Shown here piece after piece: positions 46,180 through 56,207 of a stretch of 64,000 bases of DNA. This stretch comes from Candidatus Poribacteria bacterium (GTDB lineage Bacteria; Poribacteria; WGA-4E; PCPOR2b), in the NCBI GenBank assembly GCA_965116925.1, contig OZ220744.1, positions 6,048,001 through 6,112,000 of the forward strand, given 5' to 3'. Every line of letters starts with the position of its first letter. Position 1 is the first letter of the stretch. The position numbers and the translations under genes were made by a program. The notes under the pieces are model-generated. The model ran no database searches, was not told the DNA's origin, and worked only from the letters and a program-made list of their open reading frames with translations.

Positions 46180-47763
46180 TTAAATTCCAGAGTATTCATA
46201 GGGACCCAAATCAGCATCCTGCCCTCGATGAAAATGCTTGCCCATCAGATACTTAATCTCCAGTTCCACATCGCGGATATAGCTTTCGGGGGTTATGTCC
46301 GGATCGCGTTTCAGAAGCGTAACTTCGAGCGTGTTGTCACCGCGTTGGGGCCGATGTGCTTCGTCCAATCGGTAGATGAACCAGTAGCCCGATCCGGTGC
46401 GGTAGCGCGGCGCGCTCATCCGGTACATCTCGTTCAGTTTGCGTAGCAGTTCATCTGGTAGGTCTACCCCATTCAATCGGAAGCGGAAGCTATCGAGTTC
46501 TGTTGTGTTCATGATTCGCACACGAAGAAGGACTTCGTGGATCCGCCCAACCTGATGCCAACGCGGTAGATCATCGCTGATCTTAAATTTCACTTCGGTG
46601 GGGCGGTCCACCGCCAATGCGGCCGGTAATGACATGGCGATACCGGGTTCGGTCGGGGGTTTGGGATAGCGTCCCGTTTCCGTGGGAACGTAGTAATACT
46701 TATCCTTGGGAGCCATTACCTCAGGATGGGGTAACTCCCGCAGCTTTTCGTAGAAGTCTGCCTGATAGGGCCAATTGCCGAACCAGTGTGCTAGGTAGAG
46801 TCCATCAACTCCCTGCGCCCAGTAGTTACAGGCGGTGGCACGAACCATTTCAATAGAGGCTTCGCCCAATCGGTCAGAATCTACGTGGCTCTGAATGGCT
46901 GCATGAAACCGACAGTTCGTACCTTCGGCCGCTTCGACCAGTGGACGGAAGTCAATTGTCGAATCCACCAACTCCGGTCCAGAAAACGTCTGTCCGATAA
47001 CGACATCTACGATCCCTTGCTGCATCCAATCGCACACGTCCATGCCTACCTCTAGACAACCTTCGAGACTTGCGGGGATACGAATTGCTAATTCCCGCCT
47101 TGCACCACTACCCTTGACGGCTTCATAGACCCGTCGAATCCACGCGGTCATAATCTCGCGCCCGGCTTCGACTTCGTCCGGGTGAAAGTAGTACGGTGTG
47201 TAATTGAGTTGCAACTCAAAGCCGTCGATCGGATAGCTGTTCAGAGTCTCCTCGATGAGCGCGAACCGTTCTTCACGCACCTCCTCATGTTTGAAGTCGA
47301 GGCAGGTGGGTCCGGGGAAATCGGCATCCAGATCGCCACGGGCACCAATCTCCAAGTGCGGGTTGTCAAAACGGAAATTGGAGCAGCGCACATCTTGTTC
47401 GCGGGGAGCCCGTCCTTGTTGCACCAGAAGTGTGGGATAAATCAGCATCCCCTTTGCATGGGCGCGGTCACAGACGATGCGTAACGGATCATTTCCCGAC
47501 TCGATCAGGTGTTTGGCGTTTTGATGCGCTCGATGAAAGACCAGATGGGGCCATTTTTCGACATTGTGTCCCCAGAGTTCACCAACCTTCGTGTCGTGCA
47601 GGACGGTGCGCCCATCCCCTAAGCAGAACATCAGTGCATCCACGGGTGTACCGACCAACTCGTCAACAGCTGCCTCATACTCCTCTTTCTGCATCGGTGG
47701 TTCGTACATATAGATGAGCGGGTGGCGTCCATCGTGATAAAACATGATGCGTGGTTGTGGCAT
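46180..47763 (-). CDS. Glycosyl-hydrolase-like (GHL10-type) TIM-barrel protein
   Basis: MFYHDGRH, VDALMFCLG, LDFKHEEVRE, IDGFELQL, GVDGLYL. Confidence 0.75.
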   Translation of the reverse strand: MPQPRIMFYHDGRHPLIYMYEPPMQKEEYEAAVDELVGTPVDALMFCLGDGRTVLHDTKVGELWGHNVEKWPHLVFHRAHQNAKHLIESGNDPLRIVCDRAHAKGMLIYPTLLVQQGRAPREQDVRCSNFRFDNPHLEIGARGDLDADFPGPTCLDFKHEEVREERFALIEETLNSYPIDGFELQLNYTPYYFHPDEVEAGREIMTAWIRRVYEAVKGSGARRELAIRIPASLEGCLEVGMDVCDWMQQGIVDVVIGQTFSGPELVDSTIDFRPLVEAAEGTNCRFHAAIQSHVDSDRLGEASIEMVRATACNYWAQGVDGLYLAHWFGNWPYQADFYEKLRELPHPEVMAPKDKYYYVPTETGRYPKPPTEPGIAMSLPAALAVDRPTEVKFKISDDLPRWHQVGRIHEVLLRVRIMNTTELDSFRFRLNGVDLPDELLRKLNEMYRMSAPRYRTGSGYWFIYRLDEAHRPQRGDNTLEVTLLKRDPDITPESYIRDVELEIKYLMGKHFHRGQDADLGPYEYSGI

Positions 47764-47813
47764 GGTAACTTCCTTTCGGGTCTATGCTATCAGGAGACTA
47801 GACCTATTCACGA

Positions 47814-48860
47814 TCATTCTGGAAATCGTGTTCCCTTTCGCGCTTCGGACATTACGCGGATTGTCTCACGCGCTGTCGCTGGATCAACCGGCGGGGGACC
47901 ACCGTTGCGAATGGCGTCATAAAGTTGATCGTAGAACGATGTGCCGAGAGGTGCCTTGGCTTCAAGTTCCACTTTTTCAAATTCAATTTCATCGCCGCCC
48001 TCAACGCCATATTTGCGTTCAGCTGCGAGCGGTCTATCAATCGCTTCGAGCGGGGCTAGATCGTCTTTCACATAGTGTAGCATAGCCGTTCCTCCGCCTG
48101 TAACGGTTAGCGTACCGCGTGTGCCCATAAGCGTCCACGAAGGCAGGGGTGCTACGCACGCGCTTGTGAGTTCCAGATCGATTACTCGACCATTTTCGCC
48201 CCGCATCACCACTTTAAGATGATCTTCTGTATCGCCCGGCTGGAGGATTTGTTGAAGGTCTCCGAACACATCTACGATGGGCGATTCCATGAGGAGGACA
48301 CACTGGTCGACGACATGTACGCCGTTATTGTTGAGCAGTCCGCCGCCGTACTTCCGTAATGTCTGCCAGTCATTGCGCCGACGATAACCGTAACCACCTA
48401 AACGGATGAAAAAGACATGTCCTAAGCGTTCATCCTTCAGCATCTGCTGGATAAAGAGAAAATCTTCACCCCAGCGACGACTCTGATGGACAGTCAGGAT
48501 TTTGCCCGCATTCTCGGCGGCGACGAGCATACGGTCTGCATCTTCCAAAGCGGTTGCCATCGGCTTTTCGGTCAGGACGTGTCGCCCGGCTTCAAGTGCA
48601 GCAATTGAGTGAGGTGCATGATCCGCTGATGCGGTTGCGACGACAATGAGTTCAGCGTTGCAGCCCTTTAGTAGGGAATCCAAATCGTCGAACGGTTGGG
48701 CGTCAGTTTCTTCCTTTGCTTGTTTTTGACGGTCAGGGGCAGGATCGGCAACGGCAACCACATCAAAATCCTCGCGTCCCTGCATTGTGCGGACATGGAT
48801 ATTCCAGCCGGCGCGACCTAGACCAATTACGGCAGCGCGAATAGGTGTAGGCGGGGTCAT
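47814..48860 (-). CDS. Gfo/Idh/MocA family oxidoreductase
   Basis: IGLGRAG, TEKPMA, GGGLLNNNGVHVVD. Confidence 0.93.
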   Translation of the reverse strand: MTPPTPIRAAVIGLGRAGWNIHVRTMQGREDFDVVAVADPAPDRQKQAKEETDAQPFDDLDSLLKGCNAELIVVATASADHAPHSIAALEAGRHVLTEKPMATALEDADRMLVAAENAGKILTVHQSRRWGEDFLFIQQMLKDERLGHVFFIRLGGYGYRRRNDWQTLRKYGGGLLNNNGVHVVDQCVLLMESPIVDVFGDLQQILQPGDTEDHLKVVMRGENGRVIDLELTSACVAPLPSWTLMGTRGTLTVTGGGTAMLHYVKDDLAPLEAIDRPLAAERKYGVEGGDEIEFEKVELEAKAPLGTSFYDQLYDAIRNGGPPPVDPATARETIRVMSEARKGTRFPE

Positions 48861-48967
48861 CCGGTGAGCCCTCCTTTGTTTGAGTTATACGGGTTGGGAT
48901 TAGTAATACTCTTCTGCGGGAAGTAGTCCTACGATTTCCTGAACAGTGATTCATATCTTCCCGACAT

Positions 48968-50008
48968 TTATGAATGGAGTGTGTACCGTCGTACCGCCTC
49001 CTCGTCAAGTTCCACGCCCAACCCCGGTTTGTCCGGAACTATTGCATAGCCTTCTTGAACCAGAGGCTCGGCAAGCAGACTATGCTCGTGGACGAAGTTG
49101 CCGCATAGGTCGCTGCCCAAGGTGCAATTTGAGGTAGCAGCGGAGGCGTGGAGACGAAAAACATCGAAGATGCCGAGATCAACATTGGAGGCTTGCCACA
49201 CGGGAATATCAGCAGCAGCTGCAATCCGCGCCATGTCCAAAAAGCCCCAGTCCGAAGGTGCGACATTAATCCCGTCCACAGCGTCGAGATATACCATTTC
49301 AATCACTTGACGTGGATTCTGAAGATGGGGCGCGATGAGGATCGATGTCTCCTCCTTGAGCCGTCGATAATCGTCTATGTTATCCTTTGGGATGGGGTCT
49401 TCAAAGACGATATCATACGCTTCGATTTCCCGCGCCAACGCCAACGCCTGTTCGACGGTGTGGAATCGGTGACCGGGATCTAGGACAATGCGTAGTGATG
49501 GCGCGGCTTCGTGCATGGCGTGCACGCGGTCTGCCACATTTCCGTCGTCTATGGTGCATTTTATCTTTATGCCGTGGAAGCCCAATTCTGCCGCTCGTTT
49601 GGCAGCGGTAGCTGAAGCCTCCGGTCCCATCCGTCCAATCCAGTAATCAACGAGCACTCGGTCTTGGAATTTGCCACCGAAGATCCGATACAAGGGCAAA
49701 CCGGTTGCTTTGCCGATCAGATCCAATAGGGCAATATCGTATCCACCGCCGCCCAAGCTGCGCGGTTCAAGGTCGAGCGGATTCACCCCGATCAGATCCG
49801 GGGGTGGCTCATCACGGTCACCGAAATAGGGTCCACTCATACCGAGTCCGGTAATCCCTTTATCCGTGTGGATACGCAGCACATCCTGTCTTCTCTCCCC
49901 AAGTGGTGCGGGATAAGATTCGGTGAACTCCTCATATTCGGGCGGTGGCAGGATTCCGTGCAAAAACGGTACACAGACAACGGTGCGTTCCAGCTGCGTG
50001 ATCTTCAT
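48968..50008 (-). CDS. Mandelate racemase / muconate lactonizing enzyme (enolase superfamily)
   Basis: DIALLDLIGK, KIK, LDPG, FEDPI, PGLGVELD. Confidence 0.92.
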   Translation of the reverse strand: MKITQLERTVVCVPFLHGILPPPEYEEFTESYPAPLGERRQDVLRIHTDKGITGLGMSGPYFGDRDEPPPDLIGVNPLDLEPRSLGGGGYDIALLDLIGKATGLPLYRIFGGKFQDRVLVDYWIGRMGPEASATAAKRAAELGFHGIKIKCTIDDGNVADRVHAMHEAAPSLRIVLDPGHRFHTVEQALALAREIEAYDIVFEDPIPKDNIDDYRRLKEETSILIAPHLQNPRQVIEMVYLDAVDGINVAPSDWGFLDMARIAAAADIPVWQASNVDLGIFDVFRLHASAATSNCTLGSDLCGNFVHEHSLLAEPLVQEGYAIVPDKPGLGVELDEEAVRRYTLHS

Positions 50009-50122
50009 CTGTTTCTTTCCTTAGTCGGTGGGCAAGACTGAAAGAGGGAAAGTGTGAAGGGGAGAAAGTGATAGGAGATTACTGTCTCCCCTTGTTTACC
50101 CGCTCACCTACTGCCTTGTCTC

Positions 50123-51025
50123 TTAGTCGTCCCAACGACTCGGATTGATTCCGGGTGCGTTGGTCGTCATTCCCTCCGGCTTATGTTCAAGTTTCCATGT
50201 GTCTCCGGTGGTGTTGAGGCTCTGTAAGAAAGGCTTGGCTTGTTCCGGTGCGTTGGCGACCAATTCAGGATCCCATTCCTTCATCGGTTGGATCGGTCCC
50301 GCCCAAGCCGGCCGATAACCGAACTGAATCAGCTCTCTCGGCGAACTGTCTGTATTCGGATGTGTGGCATGGAACATGGTGCTTGGAATAATGACCGCCG
50401 AGCCGGCTTTCAAACACAGGGTAAGTTCTTCCGGATGGGACTTGTAGCGCACATAAGGACTTGCCTGTGCGTGGAACGAGATATGGCTTCGTGGGATAAC
50501 TCGAAACGGTGCGCGTTTTGGGAGGAGATCGTCTAGGTAGTAGAGAACTCGCAGCAACCGCGGCGAGCTGCCTTCGTAATCGAAGATCGAGGAACCGTGG
50601 GGTTGACCATCAGTGTGCATCGAGATCCCGGGTGAGCCGGGATGCGTGCGCTGAAAGAAGCCGCGCGTGAATACGATGTCAGGTCCCATTAGTTCTGTCA
50701 GAAACTCAATCATCGGCGGATGCCCGATTAGCTCCGCTGCCGTGCGACTAAACCATTGCGGTTGTATTGCCCCGGTGGTTTGATACTCGCTATACGGTTT
50801 TGGTCTCATAGGAATGTCCGTGAGTTCCGCTTTGAGCTTCGCGATGAGTTCCGCATCTAACACATCGGGCAGCACAACGTAGCCTTCCACCTCGAAATGG
50901 CGAATTTGCTGTGCCATAGTGAATGAGCTGAAGTCTGTTTCGTCAATGTTCATGAAGTCAATGACTTCATCGGGATGGATTTCAGGGATAATGGTTTGTT
51001 GTTCAGCGGTAGTGACTGCTTGCAT
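50123..51025 (-). CDS. Phytanoyl-CoA dioxygenase (PhyH) family protein
   Basis: EGYVVLPDVL, MHTDG, VIPRSH, FHAT...R. Confidence 0.9.
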   Translation of the reverse strand: MQAVTTAEQQTIIPEIHPDEVIDFMNIDETDFSSFTMAQQIRHFEVEGYVVLPDVLDAELIAKLKAELTDIPMRPKPYSEYQTTGAIQPQWFSRTAAELIGHPPMIEFLTELMGPDIVFTRGFFQRTHPGSPGISMHTDGQPHGSSIFDYEGSSPRLLRVLYYLDDLLPKRAPFRVIPRSHISFHAQASPYVRYKSHPEELTLCLKAGSAVIIPSTMFHATHPNTDSSPRELIQFGYRPAWAGPIQPMKEWDPELVANAPEQAKPFLQSLNTTGDTWKLEHKPEGMTTNAPGINPSRWDD

Positions 51026-51089
51026 GGGTTCCTCCTTATCAGATGGGAGCGTTCTAGGAACGTCCAGTAAATGTCTGATTGAAAGTCAG

Positions 51090-51923
51090 TTATGACCATA
51101 CAAAAATCTCTTCGTCGTCCGGGGACATAGCAAAGAAGATTGCCAGTACAGCCCGCGGTCGGTCGCCTACGACGAAGGGCACTTCGTGGATGTTTTCGGA
51201 ATAGAAGAAGTAGAGGTCGCCCGGCTCTAGTTGGACTTGCGTGCGGGGGATATTGTGTTCTGCAACATATTCCCGGAAGGTGTCGTTATCGCGTACCTCC
51301 TGCACGGCATCCGACCAAGGGCAATTATAGAGAAAGGGTTCGCCGCTCTCACCTGCATCGTTAGAGTTTTGGAAGCAGAGTACGCCAGCGAATTGATGTT
51401 GGAATCGAGAAACGGCGTAAGTGAATAACTTCGATCGCTTGGCTACGGAATCGTAGTGGGGTCCGTGTCCCAACCCGTCGTGGTAGATACGGAAGATGGC
51501 GGGACCGTAGAGACTACCATCTGGCTCCCGCGCAGTCATCACGTTCTTGCCCGGTGCGAGTTGTGATAGGGCTTTGTACATAGTCTTCACCGGATCGTCG
51601 TATCCATCGAACAAGGTATTGAACAGTTCATGTGTCCCGGCGGAGTGGGCAAAAAACTCCTCACGATCGGAATTGTAGCGTCCCAAGCTAGTGCCGATGT
51701 CCACACGGTGGGGTTTCCCGTCACCAACTTTGTGTGGGTCGTACATCAGTCCGCGCTCATAGAATCGCTGTATAAGCCCCGCACAGTGGCTGGGATTATA
51801 GGCTTGCCGCAGGAGGACGGCTGGCATCTCACCGGCTGCAAGTGCCATGAGCGGTTGTGGATATTTTTTGAGTATGTCTGTTAAATCGCCTTCGACAGGC
51901 GTCCATGGCTGGTTTTCTGTCAT
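51090..51923 (-). CDS. Fe(II)/2-oxoglutarate-dependent oxygenase
   Basis: HYD...PGDLYFF...H...R facial-triad pattern; start MTENQPW after ggagg. Confidence 0.8.
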   Translation of the reverse strand: MTENQPWTPVEGDLTDILKKYPQPLMALAAGEMPAVLLRQAYNPSHCAGLIQRFYERGLMYDPHKVGDGKPHRVDIGTSLGRYNSDREEFFAHSAGTHELFNTLFDGYDDPVKTMYKALSQLAPGKNVMTAREPDGSLYGPAIFRIYHDGLGHGPHYDSVAKRSKLFTYAVSRFQHQFAGVLCFQNSNDAGESGEPFLYNCPWSDAVQEVRDNDTFREYVAEHNIPRTQVQLEPGDLYFFYSENIHEVPFVVGDRPRAVLAIFFAMSPDDEEIFVWS

Positions 51924-52095
51924 GATTAGATTATCCCTCCAATAGATGGCAAAGAAAGTTGCCATTAAGGAACGTCAATTTTGTTTGAATCCTTCCTTTG
52001 GAAGTTAGTAACTAACACAACACTCAGAGGTGTAAGGTGCTCAAACATTTCTTTTAATAGGAGCAAGTTGCCATTTATCATTTCGCACTACGGAA

Positions 52096-53889
52096 TCAGA
52101 ACACGCCATCAATGCTCAAGAGCGCGACGGTGCCGACAACTTGCATGAAGCCGGTCGCATACAGAACGCTTGTTTCATCAATATAGGTGTACTCGTTGTA
52201 GCCGTTAGAATGAGCCACCATAAACTGAAGTTGAAATGCCCTGCCGAGATCGTAACGTATCCCCGCACCCCAGCTAGAAATCCGCACCTTAAAGTCCAAA
52301 CGTCGGTCGTTTTGTGGATGGAGTGCTTCGTTGATGAAATCGTCTCGGGTGACATTAAGATAAGCAAACGCTCCCGCCTCCCGATAGCGGTAGGGATTGT
52401 GATTCTGAATCAGTGTAAAGTCGATTTGAATTTGGTTCTCCCATGACGTTTCGGTAGTTTCATCATCTTGATTGAAGCTACCCCGGAAGTCCTCAAAATC
52501 GGGCGTTCGAAAAAAACTAGTATCCATCAACCTGAGATAGGTCAGACCGTTGGAAATTGCGAATCGCAAGTCTTCGTTTATGTCATACGTCAAAGAGACT
52601 TCAGCCCCGATCTGATTCCATCTAATTCGCTCTTCAAAGTCTGCATTTGTTGCAAGGTCGGCATCAAGATCATCCTGATTGTCTATCTCAATATCCTCAA
52701 AATCATAAATGTACCGTAACTTTGTCTCTGTTTGGAACGCAGAAGCTATCAGCGAAGATGTGGGAGCGAACACCCTAAACTTCAATGTTTCACTGTCAAC
52801 GAAATAGAGATTACCCGTATAATCAATGGCTTTAAGACTCAGGTGCGCTTGTCCTTCATTCTCACGCTGGAAACGGACCAGGATCTTCTCGGCGTATTCC
52901 CCATCGGCGTAGAACCGCTGAACCCGTCGTACACGGGTACGAAAGATGCGATAGGGGACATGCCCGAACTGAAATGGATGGTATCGTTGTCTAGGTAAAT
53001 CGGAGGCATAATCCTTTTTATATTTGGCTTGATCCGCGACGAGGATGGTTCCGTCTTCCAGTGCGATGAGATGGAAGGGCGATATAAACTGCCCGGCACG
53101 ATCTCCGTACTCACCGAATGCGAGTACAAATTGTCCCTCCTTGTCATATTTCAGGACGCGATGTGCCTCCTCGTCTACGATGTAAAGGTTTCCCTCACGA
53201 TCAACAGTCATATCCGCAGCTTTGCTCAGCTGCCCGGCACTGGGTTGGGATGTGGTAAAGGTCCCTATGGAGTTGCCATCTGCATCCAGCTTATAGATAT
53301 AGCCATCATCGAAGACGTAAAGACGCCCCTCATCATCGACCGTCAACAGCAGAGACCTTTGTGTATCCCCTTGTGGGATGATGAGTGCGTAGTTTCCTTC
53401 AGCATCAAGTGCCGGGGCAGCAGCTTCAAGTGTCCCGATCCGTTTGGTTAAATCTTGAAGCGGATAACTCGCAACAAAGTTCCCTTCCGGATCGAATCGA
53501 TGAACACAAGGGGCGTAATTGAAGATGCGTGGGGATTCTGTACCATCCACTTGTACCATAATCCAATCCACTACGTAAATTGTTCCGTCTACGCCAACAG
53601 CGATATCCATCGGGTTACTAAAAAGAAACTTATCGGGATCGGTTCCCTGAATCTCGAATAGGAAGCGTCCATCGGGATCGAGCTTTTGGATGCGAAGATT
53701 TTCGGTATCAGCGATATAAATTCCGCCATCTCGATCGAATGCGAAAGATATTTTCTTTCCGAATTCGCCCTCGCCCGCACCTTTTCCCCCAAACTCCCGG
53801 ATAAATTCGACTTCCTTATGTGCATTGGCAAGGGGATAGATCAGGAGACTTAAAATAAGCCCCCAAAATACTTTGCGAAAAATTCCCAA
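52096..53889 (-). CDS. Exported NHL-repeat protein with putative C-terminal outer-membrane beta-barrel
   Basis: Signal peptide; NHL repeats (IYIADTENLRIQKL, LYIVDEEAHRVLKY); C-terminal amphipathic strands ending DGVF; TTG start. Confidence 0.8.
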   Translation of the reverse strand: MGIFRKVFWGLILSLLIYPLANAHKEVEFIREFGGKGAGEGEFGKKISFAFDRDGGIYIADTENLRIQKLDPDGRFLFEIQGTDPDKFLFSNPMDIAVGVDGTIYVVDWIMVQVDGTESPRIFNYAPCVHRFDPEGNFVASYPLQDLTKRIGTLEAAAPALDAEGNYALIIPQGDTQRSLLLTVDDEGRLYVFDDGYIYKLDADGNSIGTFTTSQPSAGQLSKAADMTVDREGNLYIVDEEAHRVLKYDKEGQFVLAFGEYGDRAGQFISPFHLIALEDGTILVADQAKYKKDYASDLPRQRYHPFQFGHVPYRIFRTRVRRVQRFYADGEYAEKILVRFQRENEGQAHLSLKAIDYTGNLYFVDSETLKFRVFAPTSSLIASAFQTETKLRYIYDFEDIEIDNQDDLDADLATNADFEERIRWNQIGAEVSLTYDINEDLRFAISNGLTYLRLMDTSFFRTPDFEDFRGSFNQDDETTETSWENQIQIDFTLIQNHNPYRYREAGAFAYLNVTRDDFINEALHPQNDRRLDFKVRISSWGAGIRYDLGRAFQLQFMVAHSNGYNEYTYIDETSVLYATGFMQVVGTVALLSIDGVF

Positions 53890-54339
53890 CTATTCACCCC
53901 CACTTGTTCGTAGATCCGTTAAGCTAATCATATCGGTTCCCATGTCTTTGATTTTATCCAAAATCGCATTGATAAACTGTGGCGAATCTTCGGTGCTGTA
54001 TTTCTTTGCTAATTCAATGGCTTCATTGATTGAAACAGCGGGCGGAATATCGATGAGATAGAGTAGCTCATAAGTGGTACTCCGCAGCAGGCATCGATCA
54101 ACAACGGGCATACGGTCGATCTTCCAATGGGTTGCTGCGGAACGGATCGCCGGGTCAATCGTGGCAAGATGCTCTATAGTGCCCTCCGTCAACAAGTTGG
54201 CAAAGCCTTTAACGGGTTCCGGCGCGTCGTTTACCTGCCAAAAACATTCTTGGACGCGGTGAATTGGATCTTTCGTAAGTTCTGCCTGATACAGCATCTG
54301 AAGGGCAAGAATCCGGGATTGTGTACGTGCATTTCTCAT
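53890..54339 (-). CDS. nusB: Transcription antitermination factor NusB
   Basis: RTQSRILALQMLYQ, WKIDRMPVVDR, INEAIELAKKY, FINAILD. Confidence 0.96.
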   Translation of the reverse strand: MRNARTQSRILALQMLYQAELTKDPIHRVQECFWQVNDAPEPVKGFANLLTEGTIEHLATIDPAIRSAATHWKIDRMPVVDRCLLRSTTYELLYLIDIPPAVSINEAIELAKKYSTEDSPQFINAILDKIKDMGTDMISLTDLRTSGGE

Positions 54340-54591
54340 GATTGTCCATCCATGGGCGAATCAGTATGAATACGATTCATTCTTACCCACAAAACCTAAT
54401 TGTAGCAGAGGCATTAGGCATTGTCAATAATATACCGACCCCAAAAACTGTTTTGAAGGCAAAAGCGAATTTTATACTCGACAAAGAGTTGGATATCCAT
54501 TACCATAAAAACACGAAACAGAAAATTCATATCAAAGAAGAATATCCCCTTTGGATTTGGTATAACAAACCACAATAGGAGTTAGCACGAA

Positions 54592-56076
54592 ATGTCCGAT
54601 AGACCCAATGTCTTGATGATTATGACAGACCAACAAAAAGCCACCGCGAGTCACCTTTACGGCAACACCTTTTGCGAGACGCCCTCCATGGAACGCTTAG
54701 CAAGCGAAGGGGTACTCTTTGAACACGCGTTTACGCCCCATCCTCTATGTGTCCCAGCACGGATTTCGCTCTGGACCTCCCAGTTCCCACATTCACACGG
54801 TGGCAGACGCAATCAGACCCTGATGCCAGCGGATGCGACCCATGCGTTCCAGCTCTGGAAGGATGCCGGATACCACACGGGTCTCATTGGTAAGAATCAC
54901 TGTTTTGAGCGGGCGGAGGATTTAGCACTTTTCGATACTTGGTGCGAGATTGGTCACGGTTGGCAGTCGGGACATGCGGAGACGCGCGGCATGGAATGGT
55001 TCCGTCCAATAGAGGGGATTCAGGCTGCCCATGAACTGCGGCGGGGGATGGTGCCCCAAAGTCCGCGCTTCGGTTACGCCACCTCCGATTTTCCGTTAGA
55101 GGACTATTCCACAGGGTTGATTGCAGGTCAGACCGTCCGTTTCCTAGAAGCCCACCAAGATGAACCGTTCGCGTTATGGGTTTCGTTCCCAGATCCGCAT
55201 GAGCCGTGGGTTGCACCGGAGCGATACGCTGCGATGTTCCCGCCGGAGAAGATTGATCTACCCCCTTGGCGAGAGGACGAATTTGATGAACGTGCGCCTG
55301 AACGGAATCGTGTGCTCCATGAGATACTCGGCGCGGAAGAGGATGCGCTCGAAGATATATATGGTGTAATGGGGGTCTATTACGGCATGGTACGGTTTAT
55401 TGATGACGGTTTAGGGCAGATTATAGACGCGCTAGAAAATCTTGGACTACGCGAAAACACAATCGTGGTGTTCTGTTCAGACCACGGGGACTTCATTGGT
55501 GAGCACCGGATGCAGTGCAAGGGTGGTGTCTTCTACGATTGCCTGACGCGTGTGCCGCTGATTGTCTCTTTGCCCGGTGAGATTGCTACCAATGTACGGG
55601 ACGATAGCATGGTAAACCTAATAGACATCGTGCCGACACTGTTAGAACTTCAGGGGTTAGAAATACCCCGCTCCATGCACGGTGAAGGACTGCCAACCGT
55701 CACCGCCGCTGAACCACGAGATGTAACCTTTTCCGAATACGGGAGTGGCGGACCTCCCTTCCAAATGGCAGATCTGGAGAAACTGCCTCGACCTTATGGC
55801 AGACGTGCGTTGATACAGTCCCTACAGTGGCGCGAAGCGGAGGGCAGACGCAAGATGGCTCGCACCCGATCATGGAAGTATGTGCACGACCCAATGGGCG
55901 ATCGAGATGAACTGTATGATCTGGAGAACGACCCGTGGGAATTAGAGAATGTGGTGGACAATCCTGCCCACCGGGAGGTGCTGGCAGACCTGCGGTTACG
56001 TTTGGCAGACTGGAGCATTCGGACGGAGGATGCGAAGCCTGTACCGTTACCGGAAAAAGAACACATGAACCTTTGA
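54592..56076 (+). CDS. Sulfatase (Cys-type)
   Basis: PNVLMIMTDQQ, PLCVPAR, GKNH, DPHEP, SDHGD, ELYDLENDPWE. Confidence 0.94.
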   Translation: MSDRPNVLMIMTDQQKATASHLYGNTFCETPSMERLASEGVLFEHAFTPHPLCVPARISLWTSQFPHSHGGRRNQTLMPADATHAFQLWKDAGYHTGLIGKNHCFERAEDLALFDTWCEIGHGWQSGHAETRGMEWFRPIEGIQAAHELRRGMVPQSPRFGYATSDFPLEDYSTGLIAGQTVRFLEAHQDEPFALWVSFPDPHEPWVAPERYAAMFPPEKIDLPPWREDEFDERAPERNRVLHEILGAEEDALEDIYGVMGVYYGMVRFIDDGLGQIIDALENLGLRENTIVVFCSDHGDFIGEHRMQCKGGVFYDCLTRVPLIVSLPGEIATNVRDDSMVNLIDIVPTLLELQGLEIPRSMHGEGLPTVTAAEPRDVTFSEYGSGGPPFQMADLEKLPRPYGRRALIQSLQWREAEGRRKMARTRSWKYVHDPMGDRDELYDLENDPWELENVVDNPAHREVLADLRLRLADWSIRTEDAKPVPLPEKEHMNL

Positions 56077-56167
56077 GGTTCATATCAAAAGAAAGCGCAA
56101 AATGCGAAGAGAAACCGAGTTTTTTCTTCAAAACTCGGTTTCTTTGCACTATTTCTTAACATGAGCC
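56077..56167 (+). mobile_element. Shell family A element
   Basis: ggttcatatcaaaagaaagcgcaaa...agaaaccgagttttttcttcaaaactcggtttct...ttcttaacatgagcc. Confidence 0.85.
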
Positions 56168-56207
56168 GCCTTTGATTGTCCCGATCTCATCGGGATGGAG
56201 GGAAGCT

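Noticed and set aside
26046..56167. Recurrent agaaaccgag...ctcggtttct palindrome as possible CRISPR repeats or integron attC sites
   Set aside because: Copies are kilobases apart with no spacer periodicity, no cas or integrase genes, and no GTTRRRY/RYYYAAC core pairs.
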